Shown here one piece after another: positions 9,670-18,218 of a stretch of DNA of 64,000 bases. Source of the DNA: an uncultured Gemmatimonadales bacterium (GTDB lineage Bacteria; Gemmatimonadota; Gemmatimonadetes; Longimicrobiales; Longimicrobiaceae). Position numbers and translations under genes: made by a program. The notes under the pieces were generated by a model. It was not told where the DNA came from. It was given only the letters and a program-made list of their open reading frames with translations, and searched no databases. The stretch spans positions 1,248,001 through 1,312,000 of the forward strand of contig OY970303.1 of assembly GCA_963716255.1 (NCBI GenBank), in the 5' to 3' direction. Every line of letters starts with the position of its first letter. The first letter of the stretch is position 1.

Positions 9670-9882
9670 ATGAGGAAAAAGCTGATGCTGCTTTCCGCGC
9701 TGACCTGTGTGGTCGGAGGCTCGGCTCTCCTGGCGCCGACCCCGGCGTTCAGCCAGACGGCCCTCCCCACCTGCTCGAGCATGCTCCACAAGCGCTGCAC
9801 GACGCAGTACCTGGAGTGCACGCTCCCCAACGGCCAGAGCGACTGGCTGATCTGCTGGCAGGGCGGCTACGCGTGGGCCTGA
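9670..9882 (+). CDS. Cys-rich secreted peptide, array member 1
   Basis: MRKKLMLLSALTCVVGGSALLAPTPAFSQ-TALPTCSSMLHKRCTTQYLECTLPNGQSDWLICWQGGYAWA; AAGGA RBS. Confidence 0.88.
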   Translation: MRKKLMLLSALTCVVGGSALLAPTPAFSQTALPTCSSMLHKRCTTQYLECTLPNGQSDWLICWQGGYAWA

Positions 9883-9931
9883 GGAGGCCGGACCGTACGC
9901 CGGACGCCACAACCATCACGAGGAGGCACGG

Positions 9932-10156
9932 GTGAGAAACCGGCTGATGCTCAGCGCGGCGCTGACGTGCCTGGCCGGGGCCTCGGCGCTGCTGGCGCCG
10001 GCCGCGGCGCAGAGACGCTACCCGCCATGCGGAGCCCTGGTGTACTCGGACTGCCCGGAGACCGCGGCGACACAGATCTGCGCCGATGACCATGGCAACC
10101 TCCGCACGCTGGCCTGCAACGACAGCAACACCTGGGAGCTCTACTCGCCGCACTGA
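9932..10156 (+). CDS. Cys-rich secreted peptide, array member 2
   Basis: GTG start, AGGAGG RBS; MRNRLMLSAALTCLAGASALLAPAAAQ plus 4-Cys core. Confidence 0.88.
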   Translation: MRNRLMLSAALTCLAGASALLAPAAAQRRYPPCGALVYSDCPETAATQICADDHGNLRTLACNDSNTWELYSPH

Positions 10157-10209
10157 CCCGCTTCGTGGAAGCGCACGGGTGCGAGGCATCCCGATATCCT
10201 GGAGGAGCC

Positions 10210-10416
10210 ATGAGAAACAAGCTGCTGGTGCTCTCGGCCCTGACGTGCATCGCGGGCGGGTCGGTCCTGGCGGCTCCCGCCGCCGGGCGGGCCGCCTGGC
10301 CCGACTGCGACCAGTTCCGCGGGACCGCCTGCGGCACGCCGGGCGCGTCCATGACCTGCCAGTGGGAAGGACGCTACATGGATGTGCTGTACTGCTTCAA
10401 CGGCACCTGGGAGTAG
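10210..10416 (+). CDS. Cys-rich secreted peptide, array member 3
   Basis: GGAGGAG RBS; MRNKLLVLSALTCIAGGSVLAAP plus 4-Cys core ending CFNGTWE. Confidence 0.88.
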   Translation: MRNKLLVLSALTCIAGGSVLAAPAAGRAAWPDCDQFRGTACGTPGASMTCQWEGRYMDVLYCFNGTWE

Positions 10417-10447
10417 GAAGAGACCACTCACCTGCACGGGAGAAGTC

Positions 10448-10660
10448 ATGAGAAGAAAGCTGATCCTGTTGTCCGCCCTCACCTGCCTCGCGGGAGGCTC
10501 GACGCTGCTGGCGCAGGCGCAGGCGCAGAGCAAAGTACCGCCGTGTGAAGAGGTGATCGGGACGGAGTGCGACGGGGGATCCATGCTGTGCACGACGGCC
10601 TGGGGAGCCCCTGAAACCCTCTTCTGCTACGACGACGGCATCTGGAACTGGGGGTGGTGA
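10448..10660 (+). CDS. Cys-rich secreted peptide, array member 4
   Basis: MRRKLILLSALTCLAGGSTLLAQAQAQ plus core ending CYDDGIWNWGW. Confidence 0.88.
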   Translation: MRRKLILLSALTCLAGGSTLLAQAQAQSKVPPCEEVIGTECDGGSMLCTTAWGAPETLFCYDDGIWNWGW

Positions 10661-10754
10661 AGCGGACCTTCCGGAGCCGGATCGGGAGGTGACGGGTCGG
10701 CACCGGCGATCTTTTGCCCACCGGATCCACTCCACGACCCGCGTTCAGGAAGCC

Positions 10755-10967
10755 ATGCGAAGGAAGCTGATGGTGCTCGCCGCCCTGAACTGCGCTGCGG
10801 GCGGCTGGCTCCTGGGCCCGGCGTCGGCGCAGCCCCGCTCCATCCTGTACTGCGACCGGGTCGTGGGTACGGCGTGCTCGGGGCCGGTGTACACAACCAC
10901 CTGCGTCTACAGCGGGGGCGGCTCGGCGGTCATCCACTGCACCAACGGAAAGTGGGTCTACGCCTGA
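10755..10967 (+). CDS. Cys-rich secreted peptide, array member 5
   Basis: MRRKLMVLAALNCAAGGWLLGPASAQ plus core ending CTNGKWVYA. Confidence 0.88.
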   Translation: MRRKLMVLAALNCAAGGWLLGPASAQPRSILYCDRVVGTACSGPVYTTTCVYSGGGSAVIHCTNGKWVYA

Positions 10968-11007
10968 CCCGCCGCCATCCATCTCCACGACGCGCAAGGA
11001 GCGAGAC

Positions 11008-11220
11008 ATGAGAAAGAAGCTGCTCGTGCTTTCCGCGCTGACCTGCATCGCCGGGGGGTCCGCCCTCCTGGCCCCGGCCACGGCCCAGGGCGCCCTCACG
11101 CCGTGCGAGTCCCTGCGAGGCCAGCGGTGCAGTCCGAACGGCTCCCTGACCACCTGTACGGACCCGTACGGGGAGAACGTGCTCATGGCGTGCGTGGGCG
11201 GCAGGTGGCAGTACTTCTGA
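11008..11220 (+). CDS. Cys-rich secreted peptide, array member 6
   Basis: AAGGAG RBS; MRKKLLVLSALTCIAGGSALLAPATAQ plus core ending CVGGRWQYF. Confidence 0.88.
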   Translation: MRKKLLVLSALTCIAGGSALLAPATAQGALTPCESLRGQRCSPNGSLTTCTDPYGENVLMACVGGRWQYF

Positions 11221-11258
11221 TCCCGGGTCCGTCCGCAACGGCTTTGAACGGCATGCTT

Positions 11259-11391
11259 GGGCGTGCCCCCGGCTGGCGCCGGGGTCGGGCTTCGGCTCCG
11301 TAGCAGACGAAACTACCGTCTGCAACGGAGTCGAGCCCCGGCGGAAACAGCCCCGCCGGGTCTCGCCCCTTCGGGCCGAAATCCCTCACGC
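11259..11391 (+). repeat. Repeat family A, copy 3 (inside the peptide array)
   Basis: GGGCGTGCCCCCGGCTGGCGCCGGGG...ATCCCTCACGC with altered but still paired stems. Confidence 0.93.
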
Positions 11392-11456
11392 GGGTACTTG
11401 CCTGGCCTCGGTCACCGACGGTCGATCGTGTCACCCCCTACTCATCGGAGGTCGTC

Positions 11457-11672
11457 ATGCGTAGAAAGATCCTCGCGCTGTCGTCGCTGGTCTGCATTGT
11501 CGGCAGCGGCGCGCTGCTTTCCCCGGCATCGGCGTCGGCCCGGAACGACGAGCTGCCCTGCATCGATTTCCAGGACGGCCCCTGCTCCTACGAGAACCGG
11601 ATCATGCTCTGCGACGCCGGCGGCTACGTGCACGGGCTGATCTGCACGGACGGCACGTGGACCTGGTTGTGA
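11457..11672 (+). CDS. Cys-rich secreted peptide, array member 7
   Basis: GGAGG RBS; MRRKILALSSLVCIVGSGALLSPASASA plus core ending CTDGTWTWL. Confidence 0.88.
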   Translation: MRRKILALSSLVCIVGSGALLSPASASARNDELPCIDFQDGPCSYENRIMLCDAGGYVHGLICTDGTWTWL

Positions 11673-11730
11673 CCATGGAGCACAGCGGAGGAAGGACGCG
11701 GATTCCCGGCCGGTAGCCTGGAAAGCGTGG

Positions 11731-11758
11731 CGGGGCGGCACCGCGATGGTGCCGCCCC
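11731..11758. terminator. GC-rich hairpin, identical to 12081-12108
   Basis: GGGGCGGCACC-GCGAT-GGTGCCGCCCC, 11-bp stem. Confidence 0.6.
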
Positions 11759-11806
11759 CGCATCGGCTCCGCACTCGTTCGTGTCAAACCTGCACCGGAA
11801 ACAACG

Positions 11807-12025
11807 ATGAGAAGAAAACTGATAGGGATCTCCGTCCTCACCTGCCTCGTAGGGGGCTCGGCGCTGGTCGCTCCTGTACGCTCGCAGAGCAGCTACCCGT
11901 TGTGTGAGGGCACGCGAGGGACCCCCTGCACCGGAGATGGATCCAGGTCGTGCCAGCTGGAGGACAGCGATCTGCTCGGTGTACAGATCTGCATCGACGG
12001 GACCTGGCAGATATCCGCTGCGTAG
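11807..12025 (+). CDS. Cys-rich secreted peptide, array member 8
   Basis: MRRKLIGISVLTCLVGGSALVAPVRSQ plus core ending CIDGTWQISAA. Confidence 0.86.
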   Translation: MRRKLIGISVLTCLVGGSALVAPVRSQSSYPLCEGTRGTPCTGDGSRSCQLEDSDLLGVQICIDGTWQISAA

Positions 12026-12075
12026 GAACGACGGCACGCGACACGGGCCGGGAGGGCTGTGCAGCGGGTAGAAGG

Positions 12076-12108
12076 AAAAACGGGGCGGCACCGCGATGGT
12101 GCCGCCCC
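12076..12108 (-). terminator. Hairpin with adjacent A5 (U-tract on minus strand); probable smc-side intrinsic terminator
   Basis: AAAAA-CGGGGCGGCACC-GCGAT-GGTGCCGCCCCG. Confidence 0.65.
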
Positions 12109-12132
12109 GCCGTCGTTGCAGTTCGCACTTCC

Positions 12133-12284
12133 CGCAGTACCCCCATAATCTGTCACGGAGGGAGACAGCCGGGCTGTTTCGGCTGGCTCACTCCGGCGCA
12201 GGGAGACCCGGAGGCAGTTTTCCGGGGCTCCCGGAGCCCGCGGAGGAGACCGGCAGCAGTACCGCCGGGCTCCGCAGCGGCCCC
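12133..12284 (-). repeat. Interspersed repeat family B, copy 1 (three tandem hairpin modules)
   Basis: CGCAGTAC...3x[GGAGAC-stem-loop-stem-GGCTC]...GCGGCCCC; four copies in the window. Confidence 0.9.
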
Positions 12285-12304
12285 AGCCAGGACACGTCAG
12301 AACG

Positions 12305-15300
12305 TCACGCCACCCGCTCCTTGTCCGTCAGCGCCCACGCCCCCTCCAGCTCCACCCCCACGAGCGAAGAAACGCCGGGCTCCTCCATGGTGACCCCGTA
12401 GATCCAGTCGGCGGCCTCCATGGTGCGCGGGTTGTGGGTGATGACCACGAACTGCGTCCCCGCCTTGAAGTCCTGGAGCAGCTGGATGAACCGGCCCACG
12501 TTGCTCTCGTCCAGCGGCGCGTCCACCTCGTCGAAGAGGCAGAACGGCGACGGCTTCACCAGGTAGATGGCGAAGAGCAGCGACAGCGCGGTGAGCGTTC
12601 GCTCGCCCCCGGAAAGCAGGTGGATGCGCTGCGTCTTCTTGCCGCGCGGCGAGGCGTGGATCTCGATGGGCGACTCCAGCGGGTCGTCCGGGTCGGCGAG
12701 CCACACGTCGCACTCGCCGCCCAGGAAGAGCGAGTGGAAGGTGCGGTGGAAGTTGCCGCGCACGGTGTCGAAGGTCTCCTGGAACACTTCGCGCGCGGTC
12801 TTGTTGATCTGGCGGATGGCGGAGGCCAGGTCGTCGCGCGCCTTGGTCAGGTCCGCGCGCTGCTCCTGGAGGAAGGTGAGGCGGCGCTCCTCCTCTTCGT
12901 GCTCCTGCACGGCGAGCATGTTGATGGGCCCCAGCGCGTCCACCTGCTGCGCCAGCTCGCGGACCTCGGCGCGCCACCCCTCGGGGGTGCCCTCCTCCAC
13001 CGGGCCCGCGGCGGCGAGCAGCGCCTCCCAGGGACGGCCCCACTCGGCCTCCAGGCGGTCGCGCGCGCGCTCCATGCGGCCGCTCCACTCGGCGCTCTCC
13101 AGCTCCAGCCGGTGCCGCTCCTCGGACGCCTCGGCCTCGCGGCGCCGGCCGACGCGGGCGCGCTCCTCGCACTCGCGCACCTCGTGCTCGATGTCGGCCA
13201 GGCGGGCGTCCACGCCCTGAAGCTCGGCGGCGGCGCGGTCGCGGTCGGCGAACAGCGCTTCCACCTCGTCGCCGGCGCGCTCGCGCACGCCGGAGAGCCC
13301 TTCCAGCGAGCGGAGCAGCTCGCCGGCCTCCGCGTCGATGGTCCGCTCGCGGCGCTCGGCGCCCTCGCGTCCCTGCGTGGCGGCGGCCAGGCGCCGCTCG
13401 GTCTCGCGGAGGTCGGCCTCGCCGCGGGCCACGGCCACGCGCAGCTCGGATTCCTCGTCGCGGGCGGACTCCCAGGCGCCCTCCAGCTCGGACAGCCCGG
13501 AGGCGGCGCGCGCCACTTCGATGCCGGCCTCGGCGGCGGCGCGGCGCAGCTCTTCCAGCCGCGCGTCCAGCTCGCGGGCGCGCCCGGCGGCCTCGGCCGC
13601 CTGGCCGCGGGCGGCGGCCAGGGCGCGCACCGCCTCGTCGTGGTCGCGCTCCAGGCGGGCGCGGCGGTGGGAGTGCGCGGCGCTCTCGGCGTCCAGGCGG
13701 CGCAGCTCGGCCTCGGTGACGCGGCGCACCTCCTCGGCCTCGCGGGCGCGCTCCTCGGCGAGGGACAGGCCCTCGGCGAGCCCGTCGCGCTCGCGCGCGG
13801 CGTGGTCGCGCTCAGCTTCCGCCTCGTCGCGCGCGGCGCGCAGGCGGGCCAGCGCCTCGCGCCGCGCCAGGATCCCCTCGCCGCTCACGGGCTGGCCCAG
13901 GCGGACCACGCCGCGGGGGTCCACCGTGTCGCCCAGGGCGTCCACGCGCGGCCCGGCGGAGTACGCGGCCAGCTCGTCCTCGCCGCCGAGCACCACCAGC
14001 CCGGCCAGGAAGGCGTCCACCCACTCGCGCCCGGCGCCGGACCCCGCCACGCCGCCGGCCTCGCCGGAGGCGGCCCGCTCGCCCCCGCGCACGCCCGGGG
14101 CGTCCAGGGGGAGCAGCAGCAGCGTCCCCCCGCCCTTCCACTCCCGGCGGAACCACTCGCGCACGGCGCGCGCGGCGGCCAGGTCCTCCACCACCACACC
14201 GTGCAGAAGCGTCCCCAGGAACGACTCCACGGCGGCCGCGGCGAGGGCGTCGGCCCGCGCGGCGCTGACGAAGTCGGCGAGCGGGCCCAGCACGCCGGGG
14301 AAGCGGCCGCGCAGCGTCATCAGCTTCGCCACCGCGGGGGAGAACCCTTCGTAGCTGCGCTCCAGCGCCTCGCGCGCGGCCACCTGGGAGGCGAGCCGCG
14401 ACAGGCGGTCATCGGCGGCGCGCAGGGCGCCCTGCGCGGCGGACTCGCGCCCGCGCAGGACGCGGATCTCCTCGCGGGCGGTCTCCACCGCCTCGGCGGC
14501 GCCCTCCAGGCGCAGGCGCAGCGCCCCCGCCTGGTCCGCCCACAGCTCGGTCTGGGCGCCGGCCTGCGACAGCTCGGCCTCCAGCTGCTCGCGCTGCGGG
14601 CCCAGGCGCGCCAGCCGCTCGGCGGCTTCGCGCTCGCGGCGCTCCACCGCGCCGCGCTCCCCCTCGGCGGCGGCGATCTCGCGGGCCAGGTCGCGCGAGC
14701 GCACGGAGGCGCGCTCGCTCTCGCCGCGGTGGCGGGCGAGGGTGGCGCGGATGGCCTCGTTCTCCTCGGCGCGGCGCTCCAGGAGCTCGCGCACGCCCTC
14801 CAGCGACTCCGCGGCGCGGCGGCGCTCCGCCTCCAGGCGCTCCGCTTCGGCGGCGAGGGCGGCGGCGCGGCCGCGCACTTCCTGCCTTTCGCGGACCAGC
14901 TGCTCGATGCGCAGCTCGGCGTGCGAGCGGCGCTCGTCGGCCAGCAGCATCTCGCGCTCGCGGGCGTCCAGCCGGCGGCGCAGGTCGTCCAGGCGCGCCG
15001 CGGCGGCGGCGCGGGCGCGGCCCAGCTCGGCGGCCTCGGCGCGGCGCTCTTCCAGCGTCGCTTCGGCGGCGCTGCGGCCGGCGCGGGCCACCTGCTCGTC
15101 CCCGGCGAGCGTGGCGCGGCGGGCCGCGGCCTGCGCCAGCGCCGCCGTGAGCGCCTCCACCTCGCCGTGGGCGACCGCCACCTCCAGGTCCAGGCGGCGC
15201 GCCTGGAGCTCGGCGTGGCGCTGCGCCTTGCGGCGCTGGCGGGACAGCGCGCGGGTCTTGCTTTCCACCTCGGCCACCAGGTCGCCCAGGCGCTGCAGGT

Positions 15301-15859
15301 CGCCCTCGGCCTGCTCCAGGCGGCGCTGCGCGGCGCGGCGGCGGTCCTTGTACTTGCCGATGCCGGCGGCCTCCTCGAAGAGCGCGCGGCGCTCCTCGGC
15401 GCGCTCGCTGAGCATGGTGTCGATCATCCCCGCCTCGATCACCGAGTAGGCGTTGGCGCCCAGCCCGGTGTCCCGCAGCAGGTCGTGGATGTCGCGGAGG
15501 CGGCAGGAGTTGCGGTTCAGTGCGTACTCGCTTCCCCCCTCGCGGAACACCTTGCGGGTGATCTCGATCTCGCTCTGCGGGAGGGCGACCTGGCCGTCCT
15601 CGTTGGAAAAGATCAGCGAGACCTCGGCGAAGTTGAGCGGCCGCCGCCGGGTGGTGCCCTGGAAGATCACCTCCTCCATCTTGGCGCCGCGGACCGCGCT
15701 GGCCCGCTGCTCGCCCATCACCCAGCGGATGGAGTCGGCGACGTTGGACTTGCCGCAGCCGTTGGAGCCCACGATCGCGGTGACGCCGTCGCGGAACTCG
15801 ATGCTGGTGCGGTCGGCGAACGACTTGAAGCCGTGCAGGCGGAGCGAGCGGAGCTTCAT
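12305..15859 (-). CDS. smc: Chromosome segregation protein SMC
   Basis: MKLRSLRLHGFKSF, GSNGCGKSN Walker A, long coiled coils, hinge, LSGGE signature, FDEVDAPLD. Confidence 0.97.
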   Translation of the reverse strand: MKLRSLRLHGFKSFADRTSIEFRDGVTAIVGSNGCGKSNVADSIRWVMGEQRASAVRGAKMEEVIFQGTTRRRPLNFAEVSLIFSNEDGQVALPQSEIEITRKVFREGGSEYALNRNSCRLRDIHDLLRDTGLGANAYSVIEAGMIDTMLSERAEERRALFEEAAGIGKYKDRRRAAQRRLEQAEGDLQRLGDLVAEVESKTRALSRQRRKAQRHAELQARRLDLEVAVAHGEVEALTAALAQAAARRATLAGDEQVARAGRSAAEATLEERRAEAAELGRARAAAAARLDDLRRRLDAREREMLLADERRSHAELRIEQLVRERQEVRGRAAALAAEAERLEAERRRAAESLEGVRELLERRAEENEAIRATLARHRGESERASVRSRDLAREIAAAEGERGAVERREREAAERLARLGPQREQLEAELSQAGAQTELWADQAGALRLRLEGAAEAVETAREEIRVLRGRESAAQGALRAADDRLSRLASQVAAREALERSYEGFSPAVAKLMTLRGRFPGVLGPLADFVSAARADALAAAAVESFLGTLLHGVVVEDLAAARAVREWFRREWKGGGTLLLLPLDAPGVRGGERAASGEAGGVAGSGAGREWVDAFLAGLVVLGGEDELAAYSAGPRVDALGDTVDPRGVVRLGQPVSGEGILARREALARLRAARDEAEAERDHAARERDGLAEGLSLAEERAREAEEVRRVTEAELRRLDAESAAHSHRRARLERDHDEAVRALAAARGQAAEAAGRARELDARLEELRRAAAEAGIEVARAASGLSELEGAWESARDEESELRVAVARGEADLRETERRLAAATQGREGAERRERTIDAEAGELLRSLEGLSGVRERAGDEVEALFADRDRAAAELQGVDARLADIEHEVRECEERARVGRRREAEASEERHRLELESAEWSGRMERARDRLEAEWGRPWEALLAAAGPVEEGTPEGWRAEVRELAQQVDALGPINMLAVQEHEEEERRLTFLQEQRADLTKARDDLASAIRQINKTAREVFQETFDTVRGNFHRTFHSLFLGGECDVWLADPDDPLESPIEIHASPRGKKTQRIHLLSGGERTLTALSLLFAIYLVKPSPFCLFDEVDAPLDESNVGRFIQLLQDFKAGTQFVVITHNPRTMEAADWIYGVTMEEPGVSSLVGVELEGAWALTDKERVA

Positions 15860-17472
15860 TCCCGCGGGGTGGGCTGCGTCCCGACGCGCTCCACGAGACG
15901 CGCGTCGATCCGCCTGTCGGACAGGATGCGGCGCATCCCCTCGGCGCTCACGCTGTCGCGGAAGGCGCCGCCGTAGACGCGCCAGAGCTCGCCGCCGCCG
16001 GCGCCCGGGAGCGGCACGGCGTACGCGGGGACCTGGCGGCGGAGGAGGGAGTCGGCGTGGGCGCGGGCGGCGGCGCGGTCCGGGAACTCGCCCAGGTCGA
16101 AGGCGAGCGGGGTGAACTGCACCAGGCTCCCGGTCCCCTCCTGGGCGTCGGACGCCTCCACCAGCTTGGCGTACACCAGCTGCTGCTGGAGCCGCGAAGC
16201 CTGCGCGGTGTCGGGGAGAGTGCCGGCCATCACCTTGTAGTACAGCACGTTGCCCACCAGCTCGGGCGACACGTACAGGGGCACGCCGGAGAGCCGCGCG
16301 GAGTCGCCCTCCAGCATCTGGCGGGCGGCGCGCAGCGAGGCGAAGGCCTTTGCCTGCACCGAGTAGGGGAGCGCGACCCCCGCCGCGGCGGGAGCGGCCG
16401 CCGGGGCGGCGGGGGCGGCCGCGGGGCGGGCGGCGGCGGAGTCGGCGGCCGGGCGCGCGGCGCCGCGGCCCAGGATCCCGGCGAAGAGGCCGGGATTGGC
16501 GCGGTTGACGAAGTCCGCGACGAAGTACACGGCCACGGCGCCCAGCAGCACCAGCAGCACGGCGCGCAGCCAGTTGCGCCTGGGGGGCACGATCACGCGC
16601 TCCGCGGCCATGGCGGGAGGCGGGTCGCGGAGGTCGGCTTCGCGCGTCTTCACCGCCCCCGCCGGGAGGGTGCTCGCCGGGATCCCGTCGGCGTACTCGC
16701 CCAGCAGCCGGTCCTGGCGCTCCTGGTAGGGGTCCGTCCAGGGGATCACCTCCGTTTCCGGCGGCCGGGGCTCGCCGGCCTGGAGGAGGGTGGCGTCGTC
16801 CTCCGGCCCGGCCGGCGGCGCCGCGGGCTCCTCGCGGATCTCCGCAGGCCCGGCCGCGGCAACGGGGGCGGACCCTGGAGGGGCGGCCACGGCGTGCACG
16901 CGCAGCCCGGCGGGGAGGCGCGCGGCGTCCGGCTCGCCCAGGAGCACCGCCGCGGAGGCCCACTCCGCCAGCGAAGCCAGGCCGGCGGCAGCGGCCGGGA
17001 CGAAGAGGAGGAGCGTGGCCTGCGCGTCGGCGAAGCCCGCGGCGATCCGGGGCCAGCGCGGGTGGCGCAGCACGGCGTCCGGGTCCTCGGTGTAGGTGCC
17101 GGCGGAGATCAGGTAGAAGCCGCGGCCGGGGACGGGACGCGCCGTGCGCGACAGCGAGGCCCCGTACAGGAACACGTCAACCACCCCGTCCAGGTTGGGC
17201 TCCCCCAGCCGCTCGTGGACCAGGGCGTCCTGCAGGTGCAGGTCGGCGAGCACCACCCGCCTCCCCGCGCGCGCCCACCCGGTGGCCAGCGCCACCGCCG
17301 CGTCCGCGGCCCACGCGCGGTCCCCCGCCGCGTCCACCAGCAGCACCACCGGCTCGCCCCGTCCCGCGGCGCTCCACTCCAGCGCGGACGGGAGCGGGCC
17401 CACGGCCGGGTCCAGGTCGATAGCGGTCGGCAGCGCCGGGCCGCCGGTCGGGTGCGGGGGAAGTTCGCTCAT
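15856..17472 (-). CDS. Bitopic membrane protein: degenerate ParA/CpsD-like cytoplasmic domain, TM, periplasmic SPOR-like region
   Basis: GRRVVLADLHL-type strand without intact Walker A; TM at WLRAVLLVLLGAVAVYFV; YSVQAKAF..YYKVMAG and WRVYGGAF SPOR-like motifs; ATGA overlap with smc. Confidence 0.65.
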   Translation of the reverse strand: MSELPPHPTGGPALPTAIDLDPAVGPLPSALEWSAAGRGEPVVLLVDAAGDRAWAADAAVALATGWARAGRRVVLADLHLQDALVHERLGEPNLDGVVDVFLYGASLSRTARPVPGRGFYLISAGTYTEDPDAVLRHPRWPRIAAGFADAQATLLLFVPAAAAGLASLAEWASAAVLLGEPDAARLPAGLRVHAVAAPPGSAPVAAAGPAEIREEPAAPPAGPEDDATLLQAGEPRPPETEVIPWTDPYQERQDRLLGEYADGIPASTLPAGAVKTREADLRDPPPAMAAERVIVPPRRNWLRAVLLVLLGAVAVYFVADFVNRANPGLFAGILGRGAARPAADSAAARPAAAPAAPAAAPAAAGVALPYSVQAKAFASLRAARQMLEGDSARLSGVPLYVSPELVGNVLYYKVMAGTLPDTAQASRLQQQLVYAKLVEASDAQEGTGSLVQFTPLAFDLGEFPDRAAARAHADSLLRRQVPAYAVPLPGAGGGELWRVYGGAFRDSVSAEGMRRILSDRRIDARLVERVGTQPTPRE

Positions 17473-17663
17473 GTCGGTACGGAGGTCCCTTTCGGGGAAA
17501 AGGGTGCGGACACCGCTACGGGACGCGTGGCGACGAGAGGGCGCGAAGCTGTGAAACGGGGAAAGTTAGGGACGGACCCGAGCCCCCCGCAAGCGGTTGC
17601 GCGGGTCTGGCGGACAATCGGGAGCTTTTGCATCTAGGAGAGCTGGGACACGCTCCGGCGCCC

Positions 17664-17794
17664 GCGTGAGGGATGCGAGCGCGAAGCGGCGAGACCCGCG
17701 GGCAGTTTCGCGGGGCTCGCCTCCGTTACGCAGCGTTGTTTGCTGCGTTACGGAGCCGCAGCCCGACCCCGCGCCAGCGGGGGGACGCCCGAAC
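17664..17794 (-). repeat. Repeat family A, copy 4 (variant)
   Basis: Same ends and hairpins as other copies; third hairpin of the variant type shared with copy 7. Confidence 0.88.
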
Positions 17795-17819
17795 GGGGCA
17801 GTCGCCGTTCAGCGGGAGA

Positions 17820-18218
17820 TCAGAGCGCCGCCGACTCGGCGCCCGCGGGAGCGAGAAGGTGCTGCGGCGCGTCCCCCCAGAGCCGCTCCAGCTGGTAGAA
17901 CTCGCGCGCGGCGGGGTGGAACACGTGCACCACGAAATCGAAGTAGTCCACCAGGACCCAGCGGCCACCGCGCAGCCCCTCGACGTTGACGGGGCGGACC
18001 CCCTCCTTCTTGAGATCGTCGATCAGGCTGTCCGCGATGGCGGTGACGTGCGTGTCGGAGCGGCCCGTGGCCACCAGGAACCAGTCCGTGGCGGTGGACA
18101 GCCCCTTGAGCTCCATCACGACGACGTCGGCGGCCTTGCGGTCGAAGAGTGCGTCCACGGCCCGCCGGACCTGCGGCGGGAGATCGAGGGTCTCGGGCGC
18201 GACTGCGGCTTCGCTCAT
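17820..18218 (-). CDS. rsfS: Ribosome silencing factor RsfS (Iojap)
   Basis: DRKAADV, VATGRSDTHV, WVLVDYFDFVVHVF, REFYQLERLWGDAP. Confidence 0.95.
   Translation of the reverse strand: MSEAAVAPETLDLPPQVRRAVDALFDRKAADVVVMELKGLSTATDWFLVATGRSDTHVTAIADSLIDDLKKEGVRPVNVEGLRGGRWVLVDYFDFVVHVFHPAAREFYQLERLWGDAPQHLLAPAGAESAAL

Noticed and set aside
9670..12025. Peptide array as a classical lanthipeptide/sactipeptide/thiopeptide cluster or integron
   Set aside because: No modification enzyme, transporter or integrase adjacent; no recognisable attC sites between the first six genes; an even, fixed Cys pattern with a hydrophobic leader fits disulfides better
15860..16963. N-terminal extension making SMC 1552 aa
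   Set aside because: True SMC begins at MKLRSLRLHGFKSF (15859); the extension is an Arg/Pro-rich off-frame read of the upstream gene
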